64,000 nucleotides of DNA from Acidimicrobiia bacterium (GTDB taxonomy: Bacteria > Actinomycetota > Acidimicrobiia > Spongiisociales > UBA5794). How positions within the stretch are numbered: the stretch's first letter is position 1; each line of letters begins with the position of its first letter. This document shows, one piece after another, positions 8,299 through 18,201 of the stretch. The notes under the pieces were generated by a model. It did not search any database, had not been told where the DNA came from, and worked only from the letters and a program-made list of their open reading frames with translations. The DNA is taken from NCBI GenBank assembly GCA_030431785.1, contig JAUIIM010000003.1, positions 23,031 to 87,030 on the forward strand, in the 5' to 3' direction. Position numbers and translations under genes: made by a program.

Positions 8299-8781
8299 CT
8301 ACTCGTCCTCTTCGGACGCGGGAGGTCCGTTCGCGGGCTCGACGACGGCGGCGACATCACGCATCCCGAGACCGATCAGGATGAAGATGATGCCCATGAC
8401 GACAGCCATACCAGCGACACCGAATGCCACCACGGAGGTGAACAGTGATGCCTGGAGGAATGCGGACTGCATCGCCGTAGCCCGAAGTGGATCGTCCCGG
8501 TCGAGCTCGGCGTAGTACTTCCCACCCGTCGACTCGAGGGTGTGCTTCTCGATCACTCCGGCTTGGCAGTAGGCGGAGATCGGACCGTCGACTGGTTCGC
8601 CGGCGGCACAGTCCGCGTCGCCAGACACGACGATCTTCTGGTCAGCGAGGGTGTTGCCCACGATGACCCATGTGACGATGCCCGCGATGATGAAGACGAC
8701 TCCGACGACGAGCGTCGTGATCGATGCGGCCTTTCTCATGAGAATCCTTTCCATCGGCCGATTCGCCCACATCGTAGACAA
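8299..8781 (-). CDS. Hypothetical two-TM membrane protein
   Basis: 160 aa ORF with N- and C-terminal TM helices flanking a Cys-containing loop. Start uncertain. Confidence 0.6.
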   Translation of the reverse strand: MSTMWANRPMERILMRKAASITTLVVGVVFIIAGIVTWVIVGNTLADQKIVVSGDADCAAGEPVDGPISAYCQAGVIEKHTLESTGGKYYAELDRDDPLRATAMQSAFLQASLFTSVVAFGVAGMAVVMGIIFILIGLGMRDVAAVVEPANGPPASEEDE

Positions 8782-8822
8782 ACCCTGCGTCCTCAGGTTG
8801 GTCAGGAACCAGGGCCGAGACT

Positions 8823-8850
8823 GGGATCTGAGATCTGGGATCAGCCTTGC
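8823..8850. repeat. Heptamer repeats of the same family as 1320-1538
   Basis: GGGATCT GAGATCT GGGATCA GCCTTGC in tandem, overlapping the stop of the 8841 gene. Confidence 0.7.
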
Positions 8851-9923
8851 GGTTCGTACGAGATGCGTCGGATGGTCACCGGATTGTTGGCGTTCTCGGA
8901 ACCATGGTTGATGTACAGCGCACCGTCCGTACCGACGATGATGGCGTTCGGGCGACCGAATGATGCCTCGCCGCCGCGGCCGTCGACGTCACCGCCTTCA
9001 CCGTTGCCTGCGATGATCTCTACCTCGCCGGTCTCGATGTCGTAGCGGAAGACCACGAACGCACCCCTGCTCGTCACGAACAACGAACCGTCGAGGTAAA
9101 CACCGTGGGAAGTCGGCGCAGGGAACTTGTGCAGTTCTTCGACCTCCGATCCGTCAGCCGACACTGAGAAGATCCCTCCGTCACGGTGGTTGACCACATA
9201 GATCGTCCCGTCGTCGCCACGGGCGATGCCGTTGATGCCGTTGAAACCCGGATGGGTCACCCAGTCGACCACCGTTCCATCGGGCTCGATCCGGTGCAGG
9301 ATGTTCGAGTTGTATCCCTCGACGATGAGTGACCCGTCGTCGTTGACGAGAATCCCGGTGGGGCCGCGCACTGCCCTGATCCCTTCGGCGATCACCGACA
9401 CAGCACCGTCAGGAGCGATCTCGTAGACAGCGTTCGATCCGTAGCTCGATTGGTAGATGGTTCCGTCGTCGAGACGCACGGTCATGGTGAGGCTCTCCAT
9501 GCCGTCGTCGGCGGCCCATTCGGTGATCTCCCCGTCGGGCGTGACCTTCCATACGGTGTTCCCGACGTGCCCGGTGTACCCGAAGTCAGCCTGGTAGAAG
9601 TTGCCTGCGTCATCCATCGCCAAACCGCCCGTGGCGCTGTCGATGTCGGCGATGACCGTCGTCACGACCCAGTCGGTCGACACGGGATAGCCAAGCTCCT
9701 CCAATGGGGTCGGTGGGGCTGTGGTCGTGGTCTCCGGTGGAGAGGTCGTGCTGGTCGCCGGACCAGCCGTGGTCGTTGTGGTGGACGGGTTGGTCGATGT
9801 CGAGGTCTCATCCGTCGGGTCGGCCGACCCAGCACATGCAGCGAACAACAGGGCCGCTGCAGCGAGCAGAAAGATTCTTATCCGGATGTGCGGTGCGGAA
9901 CCGCTTGTTGGGACTCGCGTCAC
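8841..9923 (-). CDS. Secreted/lipoprotein beta-propeller (NHL / SMP-30-like repeats)
   Basis: 360 aa. Signal plus LFAACAGS lipobox, T-rich linker, repeated DGxxY/V..N motifs. Confidence 0.75.
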   Translation of the reverse strand: MTRVPTSGSAPHIRIRIFLLAAAALLFAACAGSADPTDETSTSTNPSTTTTTAGPATSTTSPPETTTTAPPTPLEELGYPVSTDWVVTTVIADIDSATGGLAMDDAGNFYQADFGYTGHVGNTVWKVTPDGEITEWAADDGMESLTMTVRLDDGTIYQSSYGSNAVYEIAPDGAVSVIAEGIRAVRGPTGILVNDDGSLIVEGYNSNILHRIEPDGTVVDWVTHPGFNGINGIARGDDGTIYVVNHRDGGIFSVSADGSEVEELHKFPAPTSHGVYLDGSLFVTSRGAFVVFRYDIETGEVEIIAGNGEGGDVDGRGGEASFGRPNAIIVGTDGALYINHGSENANNPVTIRRISYEPQG

Positions 9924-10231
9924 GTCATGCCTCCTGCGAACGACTCACCCCTAGTAACCGATGAAGGGAAGTCCTACGCGACGAGAGAATCCGCGCACGT
10001 GGACACCGGAACCCGGTGACGGCTGGCCTCGTACTCCTACTCGACGTCCGGTGGTTCGCCCGACTCGAGGATCAGTACGCCGAAAAGGGGTACCGCGTCG
10101 CCGAACTCATCACTGGTTCGGTACTCGCCGCGCCAGACGACTAGAACACGAGCCCCCTCGTCGTCCTTCGGAAGAACGGAGAGTCCCTACCGCACATATC
10201 GGTGGTCTCGTGACTAAGAAGGTCCGCAGCG

Positions 10232-11071
10232 TCAGGCGGTCGCGACAGGCGTGCGGCGCACGTTCACCAGGGACCGGGCGGTCATCGTCAGGAAGAACAA
10301 CACGATGGGCACGATCGCGATCGTGGCAGACGCCGAGGTATCGGCGTGGTAGCTGATGATCAACCCGGCGATCACTGCGAAGACACCGAGGGCCGCTCCT
10401 GTCGCCATGATGGAGGGGACTCTTCGAACGATCAGCGACGCCGTGGCGGGCGGCCCGACGAGCATCGCAAATACGAGCAGGGTCCCCACGGTTTGGAAGG
10501 ACCCGACGATCGACACAGTGATGAGGATCAAGAGGACGACGTGGGTGAGCCGAGGGCGAAGCCCAAGAACTGCTGCCTTCTGCTCGTTGAACGACAACAC
10601 GAGGAACGGGCGGTACAACACGACCGAAACGACCGTGACGACGATGGCCAGAACACCCAGCATGACGACGTCCCCACTGGTCACACCGAGGGCGTCGCCG
10701 AACAGGATCTCCGCGATGTTGCCAGCGTAGGATGTCGTCCTCGAGATCAGGATCACCCCGAGCCCGAGCATCCCAACGAAGAGCAGCCCGATACTGGTGT
10801 CTTCCGAGAACGTCGTTTGACGGTGCACGAGGGAGATGCCAGCGAGCATCACCGCCGCCGCACCAAGCGCACCGAGCACCGGGTTGAAGTCGAGGAGGAC
10901 GGCAAGTGCGATTCCGGGGATGACGCCGTGGACCAAGGCGTCACCGAGGAATGACATTCCCCTGATGACGACCCACGTGCCGACAAGCGACAAGACGATG
11001 GCGGCCAGAGAACCGCCAAGCAGCGCCCTCTGCTGGAACGCAAGCTCGAACGGTTCTACCAGCCAGTCCAT
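10232..11071 (-). CDS. znuB: Metal (zinc/manganese-type) ABC transporter permease, ABC-3 family
   Basis: 279 aa. FQQRALLGGSLAAIVLSLVGTWVVIRGMSFLGDALVHGVIPG is typical of ZnuB/MntB. Confidence 0.85.
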   Translation of the reverse strand: MDWLVEPFELAFQQRALLGGSLAAIVLSLVGTWVVIRGMSFLGDALVHGVIPGIALAVLLDFNPVLGALGAAAVMLAGISLVHRQTTFSEDTSIGLLFVGMLGLGVILISRTTSYAGNIAEILFGDALGVTSGDVVMLGVLAIVVTVVSVVLYRPFLVLSFNEQKAAVLGLRPRLTHVVLLILITVSIVGSFQTVGTLLVFAMLVGPPATASLIVRRVPSIMATGAALGVFAVIAGLIISYHADTSASATIAIVPIVLFFLTMTARSLVNVRRTPVATA

Positions 11072-11105
11072 CCCTTGATCCTACCGGCGCACTGTCGCGC
11101 CGACG

Positions 11106-12166
11106 TCAGCCACCCAACGCATCCGCGACCAGAGATGCATCAGTCTCGAGCATGGCGATCAACGTCGAAGCATCGGAGTCAGGAGCACCGAGTGACCCCG
11201 TGTAGAGCACCACGACCTCGACATCGTCACCTGCCTCTGAAGCAACCGCTTCGGCAAGAACATCGGAGTCCGATGTCTCGGCGAAGATCGCTCCGACACC
11301 TTCATGCTCGATCGTCTCGACCAGGTCGGCCAGTTCGCCCGAACTCGGATCTGCGAGCGTTGACCCACCGGGGATCACGGTCGCGATGACCTCGAAACCA
11401 AAGCGCTCAGCGAAGTACTGAAGTGCTTCGTGGTTGGTCACGAGCTTGCGAGCGTCGTCAGGAACCGCCTCGAGCGTGGCCTCCATCGCATCGGCGGTGT
11501 CCTGGAGTTCCGCCTGGTAGTCGGCGCCACGGGACTCCCAGTCAACGTCGGGGGCGATCTCGTTCAGATGCTCGACCAGTTCGTCAACGGCTTGCGACAC
11601 CATGAGCGGGTCCATCCAGACGTGCGGGTCGCACGAGCCGTGTTCGTGGTCGTGGTCGGCGTGATCCTCGTCCTCATCATGATCAGCGCCCTCGTCACCA
11701 TGATCGGCGTGATTCTCGTCCTCGTGATCATGCTCGAGAGACTCTTCGCACGCCTCCATCGTGGCATCGCCATACGGAAGGATGCCGTCAAGATGCTCGC
11801 CGATCCGCAAGATGGTGGCTCCGGATTCCTCAGCATTCTCGAGGACTGATTCCATCCCCTCTTCCAGTCCGAGACCGTTCGCCACGACCAGATCAGCCGC
11901 CACCATGTCGGCGACATCCGAGGACGACGCCTCAAAGTCGTGGGGATCAGCACCGACAGGCATGAGTGCTTCGACGTCTGCCTCGTCACCGACGACCTGT
12001 GCGACGACATCGCCCCAGATCGTCGTGGTTGCAACGATTCGGAGACGATCCGAGGCTTCATCGGAGGTGCTGCATCCGGCAGCGACGATCGCAAGGACTG
12101 CGAGGAGACTGACTACCGCTGTTTTGCGGTTTCTCAGAATGTGTGATATATTGATAATAGTTCTCA
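11106..12166 (-). CDS. znuA: Metal ABC transporter substrate-binding lipoprotein with His/Asp/Glu-rich loop (ZnuA-like)
   Basis: Lipobox AAGCS. Loop HDHEDENHADHGDEGADHDEDEDHADHDHEHGSCDPHVWMDP. Start set at MRTIINI (12166) and is uncertain. Confidence 0.8.
12152..12166. promoter_or_regulatory. Candidate Zur box in an AT-rich divergent promoter
   Basis: TGATAATAGTTCTCA matches 11/15 of the actinobacterial Zur consensus TGAAAATGATTTTCA as I recall it. The adjacent palindrome ATAGTTC-N9-GAACTAT (12158-12180) lies in the only AT-rich stretch of the locus. Confidence 0.45.
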
Positions 12167-12183
12167 TAATCGGAACTATACCC

Positions 12184-12636
12184 ATGGCGAATACCAACGA
12201 ATCCGCATCCATCCACCGCCAGATCGAGGCTCGCCTGGCTGACCACGACGTGCGCTACACGAAGGGGCGCCAAAGAGTCGCTGCCGAGCTCGCCGACGCC
12301 GACGGTCCGCTCTCCGTCACCGAACTCACGCAGAAGATGAGCGAGTCCGTCCCCCTCTCGTCGGTGTATCGGACGATCGCGGTCTTCGAGGACGCGGGAA
12401 TCGTGTCACAGCACCTGGCGACAAGTGAGATGGCGAGGTACGAACTCGCCGAATGGCTCAGGGGCCATCATCATCACCTCGTCTGTATCGACTGCGGTCG
12501 CGTCGAGGACATCGAGATCCCGGAGGACATAGAACGAACCGTCGAGGACGTGGTCGCATCCCTGGCCTCCGGCACATCCTTCCAACCGACCAACCATGCC
12601 CTCGAGATCGAGGGCCGATGCAAGGAGTGCGGATGA
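12184..12636 (+). CDS. zur: Fur-family metalloregulator, probably Zur
   Basis: 150 aa. HHHHLVCIDCGRVEDI ... GRCKECG (two CxxC pairs). Located between znuA and znuC. Confidence 0.85.
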   Translation: MANTNESASIHRQIEARLADHDVRYTKGRQRVAAELADADGPLSVTELTQKMSESVPLSSVYRTIAVFEDAGIVSQHLATSEMARYELAEWLRGHHHHLVCIDCGRVEDIEIPEDIERTVEDVVASLASGTSFQPTNHALEIEGRCKECG

Positions 12637-13466
12637 CGATCGCCAATGGTTCGGATGTCGTGGTCGCATACGGAGACCATGTGGCGATCGCCCAGTCCTC
12701 CTTCAGCGTGGCACGGGGCGAGATCACCGCGGTGATCGGACCGAATGGATCGGGGAAGTCCACACTGCTCGGAACACTCGCCGGTCTGATCAAGCCGGCT
12801 GACGGTTCTATCGAGATCACCCCGATCGACGGGAAGCCGGCACGCATCTCGTACGTTCTGCAGTCCACAAAGGTGAACGAGGCGCTCCCGATCTCCGTGA
12901 GGGAAGTCGTGACCATGGGTCGCTACACGGGGCACGGGCTGCTGGGTCGGCTCGGCAAGGACGATCGGACAGCGGTGCAGAACGCAATGGAGCGCCTCGA
13001 CATCACGCGGATCGCCGACCGGCCCCTTCACGAGTTGAGCGGTGGTCAACGGCAGCGGGTATTCGTAGCGCAGGGCCTTGCGCAGGACCACGACATCCTC
13101 CTCCTCGACGAACCACTGACCGGAATCGATCTCACTGCAGCGAAAGCGATCGACCGTGTGATCCACGACGAAACGGCGCTTGGCTGCACGGTCGTGATGA
13201 CGACCCACGACTTGTCGGAAGCCCAGGCGGCCGACAACGTGATCCTCATGTCTGGACGCGTCGTTGCATGTGGACGCCCGGACGACGTCATCACACCGGA
13301 CAACCTGAGCGCCGCCTACGGTCCTTCACTCATCCACGCAGGACACAGGGGGGCGCTGATGGTGGATGACCCCGGGCACCAACCCGTAGACGGGCGACAC
13401 ATCCATCGGGAACGATCGATCCACACCGAGCCGTCGAGGACAGACGTCCACGGCGAGGAGATCTAA
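12633..13466 (+). CDS. znuC: Metal ABC transporter ATP-binding protein
   Basis: Walker A GPNGSGKST, signature LSGGQRQR, Walker B ILLLDEP. ATGA overlap with the zur stop. His-rich C-terminal tail. Confidence 0.85.
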   Translation: MTIANGSDVVVAYGDHVAIAQSSFSVARGEITAVIGPNGSGKSTLLGTLAGLIKPADGSIEITPIDGKPARISYVLQSTKVNEALPISVREVVTMGRYTGHGLLGRLGKDDRTAVQNAMERLDITRIADRPLHELSGGQRQRVFVAQGLAQDHDILLLDEPLTGIDLTAAKAIDRVIHDETALGCTVVMTTHDLSEAQAADNVILMSGRVVACGRPDDVITPDNLSAAYGPSLIHAGHRGALMVDDPGHQPVDGRHIHRERSIHTEPSRTDVHGEEI

Positions 13467-13483
13467 AGCCCAACCGGACCAGA

Positions 13484-13858
13484 TCAGATGCCGGAAATCG
13501 GATGGGCCGGGTCTGTGGCCACGGGTTCACCGCAGAACTGGCATTTCGTCTGACCTGCGGGGACTCTGCTCTCACACGAACGGCACTCGGTGCTGGGCAG
13601 GCGACGCTTTCCGTCAACGGTTCCGTCGGACGCATCGATCTCCTCGATTCTTTCCCGGAGTTGATCGTCGGTGTAGCCGGACTCCTCCAACAGCGACCAC
13701 ATTGCATCGACCACGAGAATCAACCGGTCGACGCGGTCGTGGACCTCAAGGAGTTCGTTGGTCGATGAAGCGACGTTCCGAGATGCCTCCGACGCAAGCC
13801 GGGCCGACTGGGCGCCGTGCTGTCCGAGGATGTAGCCAGTGAGAAAGGTGAGACCCAT
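13484..13858 (-). CDS. Hypothetical protein with C-terminal zinc-ribbon (CxxC...CxxC)
   Basis: 124 aa. ECRSCESRVPAGQTKCQFCG. Confidence 0.55.
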   Translation of the reverse strand: MGLTFLTGYILGQHGAQSARLASEASRNVASSTNELLEVHDRVDRLILVVDAMWSLLEESGYTDDQLRERIEEIDASDGTVDGKRRLPSTECRSCESRVPAGQTKCQFCGEPVATDPAHPISGI

Positions 13859-13898
13859 GTCTCATCCATCGGCGCACTCGGAGGGGCGCTTGAGTTGG

Positions 13899-14675
13899 TC
13901 AGGTGGCGATGGTGGCCTCGCGCCGACGTCGGGCGAGCACCCGGTTCGACATCGCGATGCCGACACGCATGTCAGCCGTCCGGTAGCGAGACACGGCTCC
14001 ACCAGCCTCTCGCACGATCACTGGTAGTGGCGCCACATCCCACCAGGCTCCTTCGGCGACGGCCACGTCGGCTTCACCGCTTGCGACACGGACGGCCTCC
14101 CACGAAGCGGAGACCGCTGTCATCCGCCCCCGAGCATCGGTCGTCTCGGAGATCATCCGACGCCCTTGCGAGGACATCGGGTGACCGTCGGGTACGAGGA
14201 TCCGTGCACGATCGGGATCGGACACGACAGACACACGAGCTGCCGAGACCGAGCCGTGGAGCGACAGGCGCGCACCGAGCCCCGTACCCGCCCACCATCG
14301 CAGTCCGAGTGCTGGCGCGGAGACCACCCCGACGATCGGCTGGTCGTCCACCTCGAAGGCGATGAGCGTTGCAAACCTCTGGCTCCCTTCGATGAACTGA
14401 CGGGTTCCATCGATCGGATCCACGACCCATCGACCGAGACCGAGCACGGGAGGGAGTTCTTCCCCGAGGAACCCGGCGAAGCGGTCGTTGGAGGCAACGA
14501 TGTCGCGCAGTGCCTGCTCGACCTTGCGGTCCACCGTCGTCACCGGGCTTCCGTCTTCTTTCGTTCGGACGGAGAAGTCGGAGAAGAAGCCTTCCATCGA
14601 GATCTCGTCCGCAACATCGGCCATCACCAACGCCATCTCGACGAGACCCCGTACATCGCGTCCACCGGTGCGCAT
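13899..14675 (-). CDS. Inositol monophosphatase family protein (possibly histidinol-phosphatase HisN)
   Basis: 258 aa. VVDPIDGTRQF and WDVAPL motifs. Confidence 0.8.
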   Translation of the reverse strand: MRTGGRDVRGLVEMALVMADVADEISMEGFFSDFSVRTKEDGSPVTTVDRKVEQALRDIVASNDRFAGFLGEELPPVLGLGRWVVDPIDGTRQFIEGSQRFATLIAFEVDDQPIVGVVSAPALGLRWWAGTGLGARLSLHGSVSAARVSVVSDPDRARILVPDGHPMSSQGRRMISETTDARGRMTAVSASWEAVRVASGEADVAVAEGAWWDVAPLPVIVREAGGAVSRYRTADMRVGIAMSNRVLARRRREATIAT

Positions 14676-14785
14676 CTGATCCTCCCGTAGGTTGCGACAC
14701 CGACGCTAGGGACCGAAGGTGAACCGAGGGTGTTGTGGTGGTGAAACGGTCATGAAAACGCACCGGACCCCGTCCACTCGAGCAA

Positions 14786-15724
14786 CTACGGTCTCTCCCC
14801 CTCGGTCCTTCGGTCAACGCCCTCGGTCCGGACAACCTCGATCGGGTCCTGAAGGACGGCGCGAGCCGTGGGGTACGCGAGCTCGACCGTCGGATCTGCT
14901 TCGATCCTCGTGAGCATCTCTCGCCAGAACTGGTCTTCGACACCACGCCGGGTTCTTGCAGCGACCAGGAGTCGGCCCGTGAGAAGGACGCCCGAGTCAC
15001 GGGTCGAGACATACACCGTCGGACGCATCTCCTTGAAGGAGATCAGGTAGTCACGTGCTTCGCTCGCCGCTCGTTGTTGCCTGCGAATCTCCTCTTCCCC
15101 CACGGCAAGTGGTTCAAGGACCTCACGCATCATCCGTTCTGCAGCTGCCCAGTCCGACTCGAAGGTGACGAGTACGGGCAACTCATGCCAGATGTGGAAG
15201 AAGCCTTCGGTGAAGTTCGCGGTCGGGTGCTTGAAGAGATATCCGTTGGGGATGTGGACGATGCGACCGGTCGACTGATCGGCGTCGACCCAGCTGCGGA
15301 TCTCCATAAGGGTGAAACGGAACGCCCGGATGTCTATGACGTCGCCAGCCGTATCGGCGATCTCGATCCGGTCACCGACCTTGAACGGTCGGCGGAACAT
15401 GATGAACAACCAACCGGCAAGGTCGAGGAACACGTCGGCGAGTGCGATCGCAAGACCGGCAGAGAGGAGCCCGAGGAACGTCCCGAGATCGTCGAAGAAG
15501 GGCAGCCAGATCCATGTGATCCCGAGGACGAAGAGGATGGTGGCGCCGTACGTCGCACCCTTGCGGGCACGGAAGATCAGATCGGGGTCGGTGATCTTCC
15601 GACTCATCCACCGAGCGACCAGCCACCGACCGATGATGAGCACGACGAGGATCACAACGGTCGCGGTGATGCGGTAGGCGACATCCGCCGAGATCCCGAG
15701 CGTCGTTTCGATCCAGTCCCTCAC
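14786..15724 (-). CDS. Mechanosensitive ion channel (MscS family)
   Basis: FKVGDRIEIADTAGDVIDIRAFRFTLMEI core. Start placed at GTG 15724 because the ORF extension to 15889 runs through the intergenic-type heptamer repeats. Confidence 0.8.
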   Translation of the reverse strand: MRDWIETTLGISADVAYRITATVVILVVLIIGRWLVARWMSRKITDPDLIFRARKGATYGATILFVLGITWIWLPFFDDLGTFLGLLSAGLAIALADVFLDLAGWLFIMFRRPFKVGDRIEIADTAGDVIDIRAFRFTLMEIRSWVDADQSTGRIVHIPNGYLFKHPTANFTEGFFHIWHELPVLVTFESDWAAAERMMREVLEPLAVGEEEIRRQQRAASEARDYLISFKEMRPTVYVSTRDSGVLLTGRLLVAARTRRGVEDQFWREMLTRIEADPTVELAYPTARAVLQDPIEVVRTEGVDRRTEGERP

Positions 15725-15748
15725 ACCACCCAGCGTACCGATTCGGAA

Positions 15749-15905
15749 GCTCCTGGCTCCTGGCTTCTCGCTCCCGGCTACTGCCCAGCCAGAAGCCGAT
15801 CGAAAAACGGAGATCGGACGGCCGCTTCGCTCTTGCTGGATCCTCAGGCCACGCGCCGCCAGTCGCTTCCGAACGCTGGGATCTGGCATCTGAGATCCGG
15901 AATCT
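15749..15905. repeat. Heptamer repeats, same families as 1320-1538
   Basis: GCTCCTG-type x5 (15749-15783, degenerate), GGAGATCGGA (15810-15819), then GGGATCT GGCATCT GAGATCC GGAATCT (15878-15905). Confidence 0.75.
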
Positions 15906-15988
15906 CCGAGCGCAGCTCGGCTAACTAGTCATCTGGAACAATCCGGAATGTGTCTGTGCCTGGCGCGCGGATGGTCGATAGAGGAGTC

Positions 15989-16219
15989 ATGGAACCGACC
16001 GCTACCACCGCGTGCTTCCGATGCGAACGCCCGGCGTTGACTTTCGACGACCGGGAACGACCGCTTTGTGGCCGACATGCGACCATTTTCGTCGCTTTGG
16101 CCCGCCGGGCGAGCGCGAACACGGAGGGCCAGGAGCCCCGGTCGGAGAAGGCATCCAACGCAGACGATCCGGACTCCGCCGCGACGGAGTCCGGATCGCA
16201 CCTGCGGCTGGTCAAATGA
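15989..16219 (+). CDS. Small hypothetical protein with CxxC...CxxH
   Basis: AGAGGAG RBS 3 nt before ATG 15989. MEPTATTACFRCERPALTFDDRERPLCGRH. No family recognised. Confidence 0.35.
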   Translation: MEPTATTACFRCERPALTFDDRERPLCGRHATIFVALARRASANTEGQEPRSEKASNADDPDSAATESGSHLRLVK

Positions 16220-16268
16220 TCAAGCGTCAGGCGACAGACCGTCGCCCGCAGTCCGCCGACCCCCAGCG

Positions 16269-16658
16269 TCATACCCCAGATGGGATCCGCTTCATCTCGA
16301 GATACTCGGCTTTGTCACGCAACTCGGGGACCCGATCGCGAACTTGGGCAAGCGCTGTGGCTGCTGCCTCCGGAGTGATGAGACTCGGCTGAACGAGCGG
16401 AATCTGATCGCCGTCGTAGCGCAGCGTCGCGGCCCCTTCCGCGAGGATGTTCTGGACCCAGTCGGATCGGTCAGCCCCATACATGATGATGAAGAGGAAT
16501 CCGTCCGCAGTCGGGTGTGCATCGAGTGGGGTCTGATACTCCTTGCCGCTCTTCCGGCCACGATGGATCAGTACCGGCCGCTTGCCCTTCTTGATCTCTC
16601 GTGGGTTGAACACCCGTTTGTTCACCTTCGCCATCCAGCGCGGTACCACTGCCATCAC
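16269..16658 (-). CDS. Deazaflavin-dependent nitroreductase-family (DUF385-like) protein
   Basis: 129 aa. RVFNPREIKKGKRPVLIHRGRKSGKEYQTPL ... GADRSDWVQNI pattern. Confidence 0.7.
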   Translation of the reverse strand: MMAVVPRWMAKVNKRVFNPREIKKGKRPVLIHRGRKSGKEYQTPLDAHPTADGFLFIIMYGADRSDWVQNILAEGAATLRYDGDQIPLVQPSLITPEAAATALAQVRDRVPELRDKAEYLEMKRIPSGV

Positions 16659-16897
16659 TTCTTCCCTTCATCGTCAGCCAGTCGGAACACCACGTCGAGG
16701 TCGACTCCGAACACCTCGGCGATCTCGAACGCCATCTCGAGCGATGGCGAGTACTTCCCTTGTTCGATCGCGATCACCGTCTGACGGGACACGCCGAGCA
16801 CCGATGCGAGGTCAGCCTGGGTCATTCCTGCGTGGTCCGCTCTGAGTTCGCGGATCGAGTTTTGTACGCGAGTCGATCGACGACTCTTCCTGCCCAT
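16655..16897 (-). CDS. XRE-family HTH transcriptional regulator (YozG-like)
   Basis: 80 aa. IRELRADHAGMTQADLASVLGVSRQTVIAIEQGKYSPSLEMAFEIAEVFG. Confidence 0.85.
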   Translation of the reverse strand: MGRKSRRSTRVQNSIRELRADHAGMTQADLASVLGVSRQTVIAIEQGKYSPSLEMAFEIAEVFGVDLDVVFRLADDEGKK

Positions 16898-16899
16898 CG

Positions 16900-17319
16900 T
16901 TACAGCCCTCGGCGATATGCGACGACCTTGGTCACTTCCTCGGCGACCTGCCCGAGGACGAGTGCGGCGAGGATGGCCTGAGCGATCCAGAAGGTCTCGG
17001 CATCGACCATCGCAAGAACGAGCGGCACGAGGATGCCAGCTCCGAGGACCGCCCCGCCGACGCTGCTTCCGCGACGATCGATGGACCGGTCCCGCTCGTC
17101 GGTGACGTCCGCCTCCCGAGGGTCGACGACTGCGGCCACGACCGCTGCGACGACCACCATGACGACGAACACCACGATCATGAAGACCATCAGGCCTTGA
17201 TATGCGATCTCGTCCACGGGGGTGTCCGCGGCTGCGGAGAGCACCGTGTAGAAGTAGAAGCCGTACACGATCAGCATCGAACCGAGCGTGGACCAGGCAA
17301 TCTTCTCGTGGAATGACAT
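16900..17319 (-). CDS. DUF2178-like four-TM membrane protein partnered with the HTH regulator
   Basis: MSFHEKIAWSTLGSMLIVYGFYFY... This gene order with a YozG-type HTH downstream is common. Confidence 0.65.
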   Translation of the reverse strand: MSFHEKIAWSTLGSMLIVYGFYFYTVLSAAADTPVDEIAYQGLMVFMIVVFVVMVVVAAVVAAVVDPREADVTDERDRSIDRRGSSVGGAVLGAGILVPLVLAMVDAETFWIAQAILAALVLGQVAEEVTKVVAYRRGL

Positions 17320-17480
17320 ATCGATCTCCAAGTGGGCGATGTACAGTTTTCTTCACATCTGAACCGTAGCGGTACCGACGGAGTGATGTCACTTTTTCTT
17401 TACATTGCGTACCGCACACATGGTCGGCACGTGTCGGCACCCATAAGTAGGCTCGTCCTCACACCGAGAAGGAAGCGACC

Positions 17481-18140
17481 ATGCTAACAACCGTCGATCA
17501 CCGAGGACTGGTGTTCAAAGCGCACGACGCCGGGTCCGTCGACGGCGCCAAGGGTGGTGTCGTCGTGTTGCACGCCTGGTGGGGTCTCGTCGGCGACGTC
17601 GTCGACTTCGCCGATGCACTGGCCGAAGCGGGATACCTCGTCACTGCGCCGGACCTCGTCAGCGGCTCGACCGCCAGAACGGTTGAAGAGGCCGAAGCGC
17701 TGGCGAATGGAGCGGACGAGGACCACGCCGAGGCTGTCGTCGCGGCGTCGATCGATCGGCTGAGTGGCGAGCTTGGTGAGGATGCCACGGTCGCGATCGT
17801 GGGATTTTCGTTCGGGGCTTGGTGGGCGGTCACCGCGGCAGCCGACCGACCCGAAGTGGCTGCATCCGTCGTCTACTACGGCGCTGTCTGGGGCGACTTC
17901 GTGACAGCCTCCACAGCACCGGTGCTCGGCCACTTCGCCGAACACGACGAGTTCGAACCCGACGAGAACGTGGCCGCGTTTGAGCAGGCGTTCATCGATG
18001 CCGGGCGCCAGATCACCGTCCACCGCTACCCCGGCACCGGTCATTGGTTCGCCGAACCCTCGCAGGACGCATATGTCGAAACAGCCGCGGACCTGGCCTT
18101 CCGACGAACGGTCGAATTCCTCGACACGTCGATGGCCTGA
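17481..18140 (+). CDS. Dienelactone hydrolase family protein
   Basis: 219 aa. GFSFGAWW nucleophile elbow and C-terminal HWF. Confidence 0.85.
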   Translation: MLTTVDHRGLVFKAHDAGSVDGAKGGVVVLHAWWGLVGDVVDFADALAEAGYLVTAPDLVSGSTARTVEEAEALANGADEDHAEAVVAASIDRLSGELGEDATVAIVGFSFGAWWAVTAAADRPEVAASVVYYGAVWGDFVTASTAPVLGHFAEHDEFEPDENVAAFEQAFIDAGRQITVHRYPGTGHWFAEPSQDAYVETAADLAFRRTVEFLDTSMA

Positions 18141-18201
18141 TCGATTCGTCGGCCCATGAAGAACCCAGCGACCCGCCGATGCGGCTCGCTACCGTGGGGT
18201 C

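Noticed and set aside
9961-10231. ORFs in the 300-nt gap between the beta-propeller gene and znuB (for example 9961..10356, 131 aa), and a ~48-codon minus-strand frame ending at about 10040.
   Set aside because: The plus ORF is extremely Arg-rich and overlaps znuB antisense. The minus frame lacks any start codon. It may be a gene remnant, but I cannot support a call.
12185-12212. Longer znuA starts (ATG 12212 or 12185).
   Set aside because: They would overlap the zur coding start and add residues upstream of a normal lipoprotein signal n-region. Kept as an uncertainty rather than a call.
15725-15889. N-terminal 55-aa extension of the MscS ORF.
   Set aside because: It runs through heptamer repeats that are intergenic at the other loci. 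An in-frame GTG sits just before the first TM helix.
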